Assembly (NCBI RefSeq): GCF_003367075.2
Contig: NZ_CP065936.1
Span: 510,001 to 542,000, forward strand
Length of the DNA stretch: 32,000 nucleotides
Direction of reading: 5' to 3'
DNA from: Cylindrospermopsis raciborskii Cr2010
GTDB lineage: Bacteria > Cyanobacteriota > Cyanobacteriia > Cyanobacteriales > Nostocaceae
Both the position numbers and the translations under genes were made by a program. The notes under the pieces are model-generated. The model did no database searches. It was not told where the DNA came from and saw only the letters and a program-made list of their open reading frames with translations. Shown in pieces: positions 18,027 to 27,169 of the stretch. Numbering within the stretch: position 1 is the stretch's first letter; each line of letters starts with the position of its first letter.

Positions 18027-20386
18027 CTTTTTGGATTTTCTTGCAGGAGGGACTGCCAATCGGAAATGGCTTGTTCTGTCCACAACCAATTCTGACCCAA
18101 CCTCGCCACTGTAAATTGCCCAGGTTCCTTCTGAATTATCATTTGACGCAGTTTTACTGCTTCGTCAATATATCTTTGCCTTCTATTAGGAGATTGACCA
18201 TTTGCGGACTTGTATAAACCCAAAGCCAATCCCCCATAAGCAGTTAAGGAATCTAGGGAGACCTTTTCATCAGCAGAACCTACAGATCCTACAGTGATTA
18301 ACCCATCACTATTAGATTTTAAGGAAAGATTGAGTGCCCTAAACCAGATGTCATTAGCACGATTCAACTTTCCCTCAGCATAATAAGCAAATCCTAGGGC
18401 ATTATTATACATAACAGAACTAGGTTGATTCTTCACTGCAACATCCCAGTAACGCCGGGCATCATCAATACTGTATTTCTTATCTTGGATTTGAGCGGAC
18501 TGCCAAGCCAATCTTCCGCGCAGAAAATTAAGAGCAGGGTTTTTCCAGTGTTTGGAAGGAACTGAGGAAAGAGCAGTATCTGCCAATTTAAAGGCACCTC
18601 TGTTTAGTAACTCTTCTACAGCAAGGAGACCGCTATCTAAATTGCCCTGACTCAACTCGGTTATTGCTTGGCCAGAAACAATTTCGGTTTTAGCTGTTTT
18701 TAGGTTAATTACCTCTGTTATTTCCCGAGGGGAACTCAAAGGGATATTAGTGATATTGGCTACCAAAGGACGACGATTCCACCACCAGATTAGGGCAATA
18801 ATCATGGCTAGGCCACTGACCACCAAAATAGTCCCTTGGTGTCTACGGCGAACGGTAACTTTAGTTAGGGGCGGTAGTGGGGAAAACCTTCTCACAGACT
18901 CTTGGCTCGATGATTTAGGTGTACTTGAATCACTACCAACACCTAATTCCCTTTCCCTTCTGGTGCTTTCCTGTGCCTTGATTGGTATTTCTGATTGGGT
19001 GACGGACATTTGTTCACTAGCAACCGGTTTATTATTAATTTTGCGAAACAAGTCCGCTACAATAGCCGCATCTTGCTCATCATCGTCATGGATGACTTCA
19101 TCTAAATCCCAGTTATTATCCTCTAACCAGTCTAAATTAGATACTTCACCTTCAAATCCGCCTATAGATGCTTGATAATCTCCAAAAACCTCCGAACTGC
19201 CAGAAACATCTAATTGAGGGCTGAGAAAACCCTCAAATTCCTTGTGTAAATACAACGTAGGCAAAGCCCAGTAGACCTGATGGGAACCATAGGCGGAAAT
19301 TAACCCCTGACGCACTCGACTTACACATAAATCTAGCGGGTAGCCTTGACGAAGATTACGATAGAATAATTGTGTTAATGTCAAAGCTACTTCGTCAGGG
19401 ATGCGTTCAGACATAGCTAAAACACTACTAATACCTCTTTTAACTAGGCTCTCGGTTAAGTTGTACTCCCCCGTATCTCCTTCACTATTGGATTTGGCTC
19501 TGTAAGCTCCCAAACAGGAGTTAAACACCGCCATCTGAATATTATTATTGACCAGCAACCCTGCTAAATCATCACCAGTTAGTGATTCCGTCAGTCCTGT
19601 TCGACGACTCACTAGATAGATCTCCCCGCCCCGAGACCCTAAATTACTATGGCCTGAGTAATGGAGAACATGGTATCTTCCCTGTTCTAGGGACCGAGTT
19701 AACTCTTCTCTACCCGGTTGCTCTAAAACCGTTAGTTCAATTTCTGGCAAGTTCCTACTAGTTTCCTCCCGAACCCAATTATTACGATCTAGCTCCGATT
19801 TTAAATGCAATGCTTCTTGTTTAAGTAATTCAAGTCTAGCCTGATCCACAGGACAAGAAATTACCATTAACACTTTGATGAGATTTTCTTCTTGACGTGG
19901 AGGTAAGCGTATGGGACTTGACACAGAAAGAACACCATTCTGATAGCGAGAGAAAGCAATATAGGGACCGGTTGCTACAGGACGATCTCCCGCATACATA
20001 ACTTCCCAGGGTAATCGTGCCAATTTGTCGTCTTTTATTCCTAAGCGCAATCGCAACAACTGGTGTTGATTTTGGGCAACGCCCTGAGCTGTAATCCAAC
20101 TATCTCTGAGGGTACCTTGAAACAGTGCATTGTATAATTTTTGACCCAGTGCCACCAAGTTTACAGGGTTTCTGGGAGTGCCCCCAGCGGACTGGGTCAA
20201 GCTTTCCCCCTGTAGCACTGATTTTAAAGGGTCATTCATTAAATGTCCCGCAGCTGCTAACCATTCAGCTACAGGCCAAGTCACCAGTTCTTCTGCCAAG
20301 GGCACCCCAAGTGCGACTTGTTCCGTCCGCACCAAGTAGTCACTTTGCCCTACTGGGGTTACGGAAATGTGAAATTCCTGGGTCAC
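18023..20386 (-). CDS. hetF: CHAT-domain (caspase-like) protease with C-terminal TM segment and TPR-like region; probable HetF
   Basis: His/Cys dyad context HYSGHS...AVFNSCLGA, 45 residues apart. The N-terminus MTQEFHISVTPVG... matches HetF-type proteins as I recall them. Identification is supported by the NsiR1-type array immediately upstream on the opposite strand. Confidence 0.7.
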   Translation of the reverse strand: MTQEFHISVTPVGQSDYLVRTEQVALGVPLAEELVTWPVAEWLAAAGHLMNDPLKSVLQGESLTQSAGGTPRNPVNLVALGQKLYNALFQGTLRDSWITAQGVAQNQHQLLRLRLGIKDDKLARLPWEVMYAGDRPVATGPYIAFSRYQNGVLSVSSPIRLPPRQEENLIKVLMVISCPVDQARLELLKQEALHLKSELDRNNWVREETSRNLPEIELTVLEQPGREELTRSLEQGRYHVLHYSGHSNLGSRGGEIYLVSRRTGLTESLTGDDLAGLLVNNNIQMAVFNSCLGAYRAKSNSEGDTGEYNLTESLVKRGISSVLAMSERIPDEVALTLTQLFYRNLRQGYPLDLCVSRVRQGLISAYGSHQVYWALPTLYLHKEFEGFLSPQLDVSGSSEVFGDYQASIGGFEGEVSNLDWLEDNNWDLDEVIHDDDEQDAAIVADLFRKINNKPVASEQMSVTQSEIPIKAQESTRRERELGVGSDSSTPKSSSQESVRRFSPLPPLTKVTVRRRHQGTILVVSGLAMIIALIWWWNRRPLVANITNIPLSSPREITEVINLKTAKTEIVSGQAITELSQGNLDSGLLAVEELLNRGAFKLADTALSSVPSKHWKNPALNFLRGRLAWQSAQIQDKKYSIDDARRYWDVAVKNQPSSVMYNNALGFAYYAEGKLNRANDIWFRALNLSLKSNSDGLITVGSVGSADEKVSLDSLTAYGGLALGLYKSANGQSPNRRQRYIDEAVKLRQMIIQKEPGQFTVARLGQNWLWTEQAISDWQSLLQENPKR

Positions 20387-20548
20387 AACCTCTCCTGTTT
20401 GCTTCCTAAAACTTGCTTCTTACCTAAAAATAAAAAGTCCCTAGTTTCCCTTTGTACTATATTAATATTCTGCTAACACTTTAGAAGTATTTTTTTTTAA
20501 AATGTTCCCATTTGACCATCATTTTTTCCTGGATGGTTTAGAACTTTA

Positions 20549-20554
20549 TCCGGA
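20549..20554 (+). promoter_or_regulatory. DIF-type motif TCCGGA at about -35 of NsiR1 copy 1
   Basis: TCCGGA lies exactly 36 nt before the conserved GGTAGATGCACC start region, the same offset as in all three copies. TTTACT is at the -10 position. Confidence 0.65.
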
Positions 20555-20584
20555 TTTAACTAATTCACACTGGAACACTTTACT

Positions 20585-20643
20585 GGTAGATGCACCTTGA
20601 TCTTCAACTCCCCTAGCTGGCTGCAGGCCTCTAGGGGTTTTTT
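20585..20643 (+). ncRNA. nsiR1: NsiR1-type small RNA, copy 1
   Basis: Conserved 5' part GGTAGATGCACCYTGAT, then a terminator hairpin CCCCTAG...CTAGGGG followed by T6. About 55-60 nt, antisense to the hetF upstream region. Confidence 0.7.
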
Positions 20644-20713
20644 CTTGGGACTAATCAGTTAGAAACTGCTTCAGCTGGCCAATTAAGAAAATCTCTCATT
20701 CCCAATCTTTTTC

Positions 20714-20719
20714 TCCGGA
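20714..20719 (+). promoter_or_regulatory. DIF-type motif TCCGGA at about -35 of NsiR1 copy 2
   Basis: Same 36-nt offset to GGTAGATGCACC. TTAAAT at the -10 position. Confidence 0.65.
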
Positions 20720-20749
20720 ATATGGCATATTGCCGAGGAAGACTTAAAT

Positions 20750-20808
20750 GGTAGATGCACCCTGATAATTAATCTCCTCCGGAGGCCTTAAGCCTCTGGG
20801 GGTTTTTT
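20750..20808 (+). ncRNA. nsiR1: NsiR1-type small RNA, copy 2
   Basis: GGTAGATGCACCCTGATAAT..., an 11-bp terminator stem CCTCCGGAGGC / GCCTCTGGGGG (with G-U pairs), then T6. Confidence 0.7.
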
Positions 20809-20853
20809 ATTGCCCATAAACTATAAATTAAAATTAAACAAGCTCAAAATTCA

Positions 20854-20859
20854 TCCGGA
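20854..20859 (+). promoter_or_regulatory. DIF-type motif TCCGGA at about -35 of NsiR1 copy 3
   Basis: Same 36-nt offset. TACTAA at the -10 position. Confidence 0.65.
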
Positions 20860-20889
20860 TTGCCTTCCCCTGCTACGGGATACTAAGGT

Positions 20890-20948
20890 GGTAGATGCAC
20901 CCTGATAACTAATCCCCCCTAGTCGGCTAAAACCTCTGGGGGTTTTTT
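20890..20948 (+). ncRNA. nsiR1: NsiR1-type small RNA, copy 3
   Basis: GGTAGATGCACCCTGATAAC..., hairpin CCCCCCTAG...CTCTGGGGG, then T6. Confidence 0.7.
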
Positions 20949-21162
20949 CTTGGATTTTTTAGTCCCATGATAACTGCCTTTTGTCTTTCTTTATCTATTT
21001 TTACCTCAAATCCCCTCCCAGAATGATTGCTCTGATCACAAATTGAAACAAATTCAATATTGCCTAATTCTCATTTTTGGACATCAACCTTTACTAAGCG
21101 TTCTGGCGCTATGATGTATTTTATTCATATTAGCTCCAAATAGTTCAATATATCTGTAAACT

Positions 21163-21594
21163 ATGGAACGTGGTCTTTTTTGGTTACCTTTACTGGGGGT
21201 TTTTTTTTGGTTGGCTTGGCAAGGTGCAAGGGAATATCAAAAGGTTGAAACCTATCGTGTCTGGGCTGAAAGTTTTCAACGCTCTAAGTATGATATTTAT
21301 GGGGTAATTGGTCAAAAAGACAACTACATTACCTGGGGAAAACCCACACCCCAAGCCATTGTTCAAGTGCAGACCTTTTCTCTGGTGGATGTTCAAGAAA
21401 TCCGCCTTCTGATAGATGGTCAATCGGTCAGGTTGGACCAACCGCCCCAGAAGGGTCGTTTAATAGAACTGGAGTTCATATTTTACCCAGGTGCTGCTTT
21501 TGCTCCATCTCTAAACATACCTTTTACCGAGATCCCCTTGGCAGCTCAATGGGGTCATTTCCTCCAAAATAGGTTACAAAATTTACCTTCTTAA
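21163..21594 (+). CDS. Hypothetical membrane-anchored protein (143 aa)
   Basis: Hydrophobic N-terminus (LFWLPLLGVFFWLAW). No recognisable motif. The ORF fills the space between the sRNA array and hemD. Confidence 0.5.
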   Translation: MERGLFWLPLLGVFFWLAWQGAREYQKVETYRVWAESFQRSKYDIYGVIGQKDNYITWGKPTPQAIVQVQTFSLVDVQEIRLLIDGQSVRLDQPPQKGRLIELEFIFYPGAAFAPSLNIPFTEIPLAAQWGHFLQNRLQNLPS

Positions 21595-22404
21595 TGACCA
21601 TTCAACAATTGCCTTGATTAGTCCATCAATGGTATATTGTTGGGTAGTAATGTCTACCCGACCTAGTAAGTCTATACAAGTTTTGGATGTCTGTGGACCA
21701 ATAGAGGCGATCGCAGTTTTCTTTAAGTAGTGTTCTATCTCTTGAGGTAAATTATTTTCTAATAATACACAGAAAAACTTGACGGTCTTAGAGCTAGCAA
21801 AGGTAATTACATCTACTGACTGATTAATCAGGACCTGCTGTGCTGTGGTAGGTATGCTCTGGGGACAAAGAGATTCATAAGCGGGAACTTCCACCACTTG
21901 GGCACCTTTTTGTGTTAGTTCTTTGACCAAAATCTCTCTCCCTCCACTTTCAACCCGGGGAAATAGGATCTTTTTACCTGCTAGGTTTTCGGGAAAGTTG
22001 TTCACCAGGGAGTCAGCTATGAAGTCAGGGGGTATGAAATCTGGTTCAAGGTGGTGCGTTTTCAGACTTTGAGCCGTTTTTTCACCGACAACAGCAATTT
22101 TAATTCTATTTATTGCTTGTTTAATTAAGGCTTGCTGATTTTTATTTTGCAATGCCATTCTCTCAAAAAAGTATTCGACCCCGTTAGTGGAGGTAAAAAC
22201 TAACCAATCAAAAGTGGATAATTCTAATATGCTCTGATCTAAGAACATCCAACTGGAAGGAGGACCAATTTCTAGTGCTGGTAGTTCAATTACTCTTGCT
22301 CCTAAATTGGTTAGTCCTTGACTCAATTCGCTGGATTGTCCTACTGCGCGGGTGACGAGGATGGTTTTACCGCTTAGGGGTGTGATGGAGATATTAATTG
22401 ACAC
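21583..22404 (-). CDS. hemD: Uroporphyrinogen-III synthase
   Basis: PLSGKTILVTRA...LPALEI..., a two-lobe HEM4 layout (WLVFTSTNGV, ITFASSKTV). Lies downstream of cobA. Confidence 0.8.
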   Translation of the reverse strand: MSINISITPLSGKTILVTRAVGQSSELSQGLTNLGARVIELPALEIGPPSSWMFLDQSILELSTFDWLVFTSTNGVEYFFERMALQNKNQQALIKQAINRIKIAVVGEKTAQSLKTHHLEPDFIPPDFIADSLVNNFPENLAGKKILFPRVESGGREILVKELTQKGAQVVEVPAYESLCPQSIPTTAQQVLINQSVDVITFASSKTVKFFCVLLENNLPQEIEHYLKKTAIASIGPQTSKTCIDLLGRVDITTQQYTIDGLIKAIVEWSLRR

Positions 22405-22437
22405 GATTCAAGGAGGGGAAGCAATAATTAATCTATT

Positions 22438-23160
22438 CTATACTTTTTCCAGAAATTTTCTCAGTCCCACAACTTCTCCAATCACGATTACAGCGGGAGA
22501 AAGTGATGTGTCTCTGGTTTTTCCCACTATATTACCTAGTTCACCTATGCAAATTTTTTGCTTGGCAGTTCCAGTCCAGCGAATAATTGCTATGGGAGTG
22601 GATTTAGATTTTCCATGTGTGAGTAGTTGGTGGACTATTATCTCTAGGTTTTTTCCTCCCATCAAAATTACTAGGGTTTGTAATCTTGATAGAGCTTCCC
22701 AGTCTAAAATATCAGGATCATGTGCTGTAGCTACGGCAAAACACTGACTTAAAACCGTGTCTGTCAGTGGTATTCCAGCTAATAATGGCCCCGCTAGAGC
22801 TGAGGAAATTCCCGGGATGATTTCAAATTCACAACCTGCTGATTTTAAAGCGGTAATTTCCGCCATACATCTACCAAAAATAAATGGATCTCCTGCTTTT
22901 AGTCTGACTACTTGTTTACCTTCTCGATAATATTTCACTAACAGGTTATTAATTTCTCCTTGGGAGGTGCTTATACCCCCTCCCCTTTTACCTACATCTA
23001 GTTTTAAACAGTTACTGGGGACAGAATTTAATAATTCTTCGTCTACTAGTGCATCATATATTAAAACTTGAGCAATCCCCAGTAATCTATAGGCTTTTAC
23101 TGTTAGATATTCTATATCCCCTGGTCCTGCTCCTACAATATAAACTTTATTTCTGGACAT
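22438..23160 (-). CDS. cobA: Uroporphyrinogen-III C-methyltransferase (SUMT)
   Basis: VYIVGAGPGDIEYLTVKA...VVRLKAGDPFIFGR...IPGISS is the canonical TP_methylase pattern. Confidence 0.88.
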   Translation of the reverse strand: MSRNKVYIVGAGPGDIEYLTVKAYRLLGIAQVLIYDALVDEELLNSVPSNCLKLDVGKRGGGISTSQGEINNLLVKYYREGKQVVRLKAGDPFIFGRCMAEITALKSAGCEFEIIPGISSALAGPLLAGIPLTDTVLSQCFAVATAHDPDILDWEALSRLQTLVILMGGKNLEIIVHQLLTHGKSKSTPIAIIRWTGTAKQKICIGELGNIVGKTRDTSLSPAVIVIGEVVGLRKFLEKV

Positions 23161-23171
23161 TTTCTATCGGA

Positions 23172-24092
23172 TTAATTTAAAAGGGCACCAATGGGAAAGA
23201 TTAGATATTCAAGGAAAAACATTTTCCAAATTAATTGATAAAATTTGGCAATTTCTTTTTTGCTCTCCAAGTTCACTTTCTGGCTTTTTGACCATAGGAA
23301 TATTAGGGGTATGGTGTGACTGATAACTAGAAATGTGGGGTTAATTTCTGCTAACTGGAACATACCAACAATAATTATTCCTATATAACAAAATGTTAGT
23401 AACCAAAGGGCAATATCAAATACAGCTTTTTTCCCTAATTTGATGGTGAAGGTATTAATGTTATAACGCAAGTCCCCCTCCAAATCAGGTATGTCTTTAA
23501 ATATGGCGATCGCCATGGTAAAAACCAGGATAAATAATGTTAAAGTCCAGACGGCAAAGGGTATGCCCTGGCTCCTTTGTAATAGCCAACTAAAATGCTC
23601 AAACAGTCCTAAGTTGATAATAGTTCCCCGGACGGAAAAAATACATAAGGCTGCCCAAAATGGAAATTGCTTCAACCTTAATGGTGGTAAGGAATAGGCG
23701 GTTCCAATTACTAGGCTAGTTACTACCGTAACCAATAAAAATGGTCCACTAATCCAAGCTAGAGCTAGAGCTAAAATACCCGTAGTAATCACAATGGACT
23801 TTCCCTGCTCTTCGGAGAATTCTCCTGCAGCTACGGGTAAATGGGGCTTGTTGATTTTATCAATATCTACGTCTATTAGTTGGTTTAAACCTACAATATA
23901 AATATTTCCGGATATACAAGCTAACCAGGTGATTAAAATTTGACCCAAGTGTGCTATAGAAAAATTAGAGTTGGTCACACCAAGAGTCAGCAAGTATAAA
24001 CCTAGTACACTTAGAGTTGTGCCTATAATGGTATGAGGCCTGGAAAACTTCCACAAGCTGTGGAGCCAATTAGAAGGAGTAAACTGATTCAT
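23172..24092 (-). CDS. Homogentisate phytyltransferase (UbiA family; Synechocystis slr1736-type)
   Basis: FSRPHTIIGTTLSV, NIYIVGLNQLIDVDIDKINKPHLP, FKDIPDLEGD and ESKKEIAKFYQLIWKMFFLEYL closely follow the slr1736 sequence as I recall it. Confidence 0.85.
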   Translation of the reverse strand: MNQFTPSNWLHSLWKFSRPHTIIGTTLSVLGLYLLTLGVTNSNFSIAHLGQILITWLACISGNIYIVGLNQLIDVDIDKINKPHLPVAAGEFSEEQGKSIVITTGILALALAWISGPFLLVTVVTSLVIGTAYSLPPLRLKQFPFWAALCIFSVRGTIINLGLFEHFSWLLQRSQGIPFAVWTLTLFILVFTMAIAIFKDIPDLEGDLRYNINTFTIKLGKKAVFDIALWLLTFCYIGIIIVGMFQLAEINPTFLVISHTIPLIFLWSKSQKVNLESKKEIAKFYQLIWKMFFLEYLIFPIGALLN

Positions 24093-24154
24093 GGGCTATT
24101 TATAAGTTGCTTATGTTTATCTGTAAATTGTATATGGTTCATTTAGTTAACTGG

Positions 24155-24997
24155 CTATTTAATTCCACATAACAAACCAAATTTAATTAAACCCCTTTCA
24201 TATCCACGGCGCATTAAACTAAGAGAGAGCGCCGCTTGAATTGTAGTCCAACCAGAAAACAATAACCCCAGGAATGCTTGGGGGGTAAAAGCAGAATCAA
24301 TTACCACATTCCAAAATGGTGCAACCCCAGTTGACCAATCAGCAGTCTTAATGTTTTTTAGTCCTAATTGACTGGCGATCGCATAGTATTCTGGTAGGGA
24401 AATCACATAGGGTAGACAATAAGCCCGGTAAATATCTTGTAGGTGCTTTTGTTCATCCTCAGTCAGTGGTAAAACATCCGTGGGACGATGACACCATGTT
24501 ACCATGATTAAAGTACCACCTGGTTTTAACACCCGATAACACTCTTGCAGAAATTTGGTTTTATCTGGCATGTGTTCACCACTTTCTAGTGACCACACCA
24601 GATCAAAGGAATTATCACCAAAAGGCATTTCTTGAGCATTGGCCACTAAAAAACTACTCCTTGATTGCAAATTGGCTTCCAGTGCCCTTTCTTTGGCTCT
24701 AGCGGATTGAATTGGGCTGAGGGTAATTCCTGTGGACATGGCATGAAATTTTTGCGCCAAGTATAGGGAACTACCACCTATTCCACAACCCACATCCAAG
24801 ATATCATCTGCATGTTTTACTCCTGACCAATTTAGCACTGCTTCAATTAAATCAATTTGTGCTTGCCTACGTTCCTTTCTTTCTCTTCCATCCGCACCAT
24901 AATAGCCATGATGCATGTGTTCACCCCAAATTTGTTCCCATAAACCAGAGGAAGCATCATAAAATTCTTGGATTTGCTGATAAATTTTTGTACTCAT
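24155..24997 (-). CDS. Gamma-tocopherol methyltransferase (slr0089-type)
   Basis: FYDASSGLWEQIWGEHMHHGYYG, RRQAQIDLI, LDVGCGIGGSSLYLA, WSLESGEHMPDK and WGYERG-like RRGYERGLIKFGLL follow slr0089 closely. Confidence 0.85.
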   Translation of the reverse strand: MSTKIYQQIQEFYDASSGLWEQIWGEHMHHGYYGADGRERKERRQAQIDLIEAVLNWSGVKHADDILDVGCGIGGSSLYLAQKFHAMSTGITLSPIQSARAKERALEANLQSRSSFLVANAQEMPFGDNSFDLVWSLESGEHMPDKTKFLQECYRVLKPGGTLIMVTWCHRPTDVLPLTEDEQKHLQDIYRAYCLPYVISLPEYYAIASQLGLKNIKTADWSTGVAPFWNVVIDSAFTPQAFLGLLFSGWTTIQAALSLSLMRRGYERGLIKFGLLCGIK

Positions 24998-25135
24998 GTT
25001 CTTAAAGGTAAAAATTACTAAAAATCAAAACTCTAGAAAATATATTTTAGAGGTGGTACATATCTGTTTAACTTAAATATAAAGCAATTTTGCTCAATAA
25101 AAAAATCCTGAAAAAACTCTTAACTCAACTTGGTT

Positions 25136-26470
25136 ATGACTGTTGCTCGGACGATATGCTTGGGATTTATGGCGGTTATCTTATGTGGAACCATTCTGTT
25201 GATGATGCCTTTTTCCACTAGCAATGGCACATGGAACGACCCGATAGTAGCACTTTTTACCTCAACTTCCGCAGTCTGTGTGACCGGACTGTCAGTGGTT
25301 GATCCGGGTACCTATTTTTCCTTTTGGGGTCAACTACTGATTTTACTGCTAGTACAAATCGGTGGTTTGGGATATATGACAACTACCACCTTCCTGATTT
25401 TACTAATTGGCAAAAGATTTGATTTAAGGCAAAAGGTAGCTATTCAACAAGCTCTAGACCGTCCAGGTATGAGTGGTAGTAGCCAAATTATTCGCTCCAT
25501 TATTGCTACAACTATAATTTTTGAGATTACGGGAATTTTCCTCTTACTCCCCGCTTTTGTCCCTGACCATGGTTGGAGTCATGGAATGTGGTTAGCAATA
25601 TTTCACAGCATCAATTCCTTTAATAATGCGGGATTTAGTCTCTTTAAAGATAATTTGATAGGTTATCAAACATCCCTACTCGTGGTTTTTACAGTCACTG
25701 GGTTAATCATCTTTGGCGGAATTGGTTATCAAGTCATTTTGGATATGTATCTTTGGTTACGCGATCGCCTAAAAAGAAAAACGACATTTATGGTATTCTC
25801 CCTTGACTTTAAAGTAGCAGTTAGCACTACTTTAATATTATTAGTGGTAGGGACAGTAGCTTTCTTTCTCATAGAAATTAGAAATCCTGAAACCTTTGGC
25901 AAATTTGGATTTTCCGACCAACTATTATTAGCTTGGTTTCAGTCTGTTACTCCAAGAACAGCAGGTTTCAACACCATTGACATTGGTAAGATGAGTGATG
26001 CAGGTCTATTTATTACCATTGCTTTAATGTTCATTGGTGCTAGTCCAGGTGGTACGGGTGGTGGGATAAAAACAACAACCTTGAGGGTATTAACCAGCTG
26101 CACAAAAGCAATACTTCAGGGTAAAGAAGAAGTTTGGCTCTATGAGCGCAAAATAGCCATAACTCTTATTTTGAAAGCCATAGGTGTGGTTTTCGGCTCT
26201 TTGGCAACCGTCTTATCAGCAACAGTTTTAATTAGTTTAACTGACCCAAAACTAGAGTTCATTCAAATTCTTTTTGAGGTAGTCTCAGCTTTTGGTACAG
26301 TGGGACTATCCACAGGGATAACTGGTAGTATTTCTACTGCTGCTAAAATAGTTATAATTGTCACAATGTATATAGGAAGGGTCGGTGTTTTATTGTCAAT
26401 GTCAGCAATATTAGGAGATCCTCGTCCCAGTAGAGTTCACTACCCAGAAGGAAATTTGCTTGTAGGTTAG
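25136..26470 (+). CDS. ktrB: Potassium uptake protein, TrkH/KtrB family
   Basis: Multi-pass membrane protein with repeated selectivity-filter glycine motifs (TVTGLS-like CVTGLS, NNAGFS, RTAGFN, GTVGLSTG). ATG at 25136; a TTG at 25130 is an alternative. Confidence 0.8.
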   Translation: MTVARTICLGFMAVILCGTILLMMPFSTSNGTWNDPIVALFTSTSAVCVTGLSVVDPGTYFSFWGQLLILLLVQIGGLGYMTTTTFLILLIGKRFDLRQKVAIQQALDRPGMSGSSQIIRSIIATTIIFEITGIFLLLPAFVPDHGWSHGMWLAIFHSINSFNNAGFSLFKDNLIGYQTSLLVVFTVTGLIIFGGIGYQVILDMYLWLRDRLKRKTTFMVFSLDFKVAVSTTLILLVVGTVAFFLIEIRNPETFGKFGFSDQLLLAWFQSVTPRTAGFNTIDIGKMSDAGLFITIALMFIGASPGGTGGGIKTTTLRVLTSCTKAILQGKEEVWLYERKIAITLILKAIGVVFGSLATVLSATVLISLTDPKLEFIQILFEVVSAFGTVGLSTGITGSISTAAKIVIIVTMYIGRVGVLLSMSAILGDPRPSRVHYPEGNLLVG

Positions 26471-26473
26471 TTT

Positions 26474-27169
26474 ATGGACATTTCATCATTGAAGTTTTTT
26501 CGCAGTTTAAAACAAGACAATCACCAATTTGCAGTAATTGGATTAGGTCGTTTTGGTCGTTCTGTTTGCTCCACATTACATGGTTTGGGTTATCAGGTAT
26601 TAGCTACAGATGTGGATGAAAAAAGGGTATCTGAAGCATTAAATGAGTCAATTGTCGCTCATGCAGTGCAGTTAGACTCCACCGAATCAGCAGCACTTAA
26701 AGAAGCGGGCATTTTTGAGTTTGATACCGTTATTGTCGCTATTGGCAACTATGTTCAGGAAAGTATTATTACCACTCTTAATGTTAAGGAAGGTGGTGTA
26801 CCCCATGTGGTTGCTAAAGCTTCCAGTGAGGTACATTGTAAGCTCTTAAAAAGAGTAGGTGCAGACCATGTAGTATTTCCCGAATACGAAGCGGGTTGTG
26901 CTTTGGCGCGCACTCTAACTAAACCATCAATTTTAGACCGGTTTGATCTAGATCCAGATAATAGTATTGTAGAGTTGATTGTCCCCGATGAATTTCATGG
27001 TAAAACCGTGGCCGAAATCCAGCTGCGAAATCGTTATGGTCTAAATTTACTAGCAGTTAGTCAGGATGGTAAGTTTAAGATTAATCCTGACCCCAGTAAA
27101 CGACTGGAACGTGGTTCAGCGATGGTAGTAATTGGCTGTAATAAGGATATTAATCGCCTACCAATTTAA
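26474..27169 (+). CDS. ktrA: Potassium uptake regulatory subunit, TrkA-N/KtrA family
   Basis: Rossmann motif AVIGLGRFG plus a C-terminal TrkA-C domain. Starts 3 nt after ktrB. Confidence 0.8.
   Translation: MDISSLKFFRSLKQDNHQFAVIGLGRFGRSVCSTLHGLGYQVLATDVDEKRVSEALNESIVAHAVQLDSTESAALKEAGIFEFDTVIVAIGNYVQESIITTLNVKEGGVPHVVAKASSEVHCKLLKRVGADHVVFPEYEAGCALARTLTKPSILDRFDLDPDNSIVELIVPDEFHGKTVAEIQLRNRYGLNLLAVSQDGKFKINPDPSKRLERGSAMVVIGCNKDINRLPI

Noticed and set aside
18750-20409. Plus-strand ORFs inside hetF (18750..19175, 20125..20409) and minus-strand shadow ORF 19836..20099
   Set aside because: They are antisense or alternative-frame shadows of a long, well-supported CDS, with low-complexity Ser/Pro-rich translations.
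22352-22747. Plus-strand ORF 22352..22747 across the hemD-cobA junction
   Set aside because: It is antisense to two strongly supported genes and has no motif of its own.
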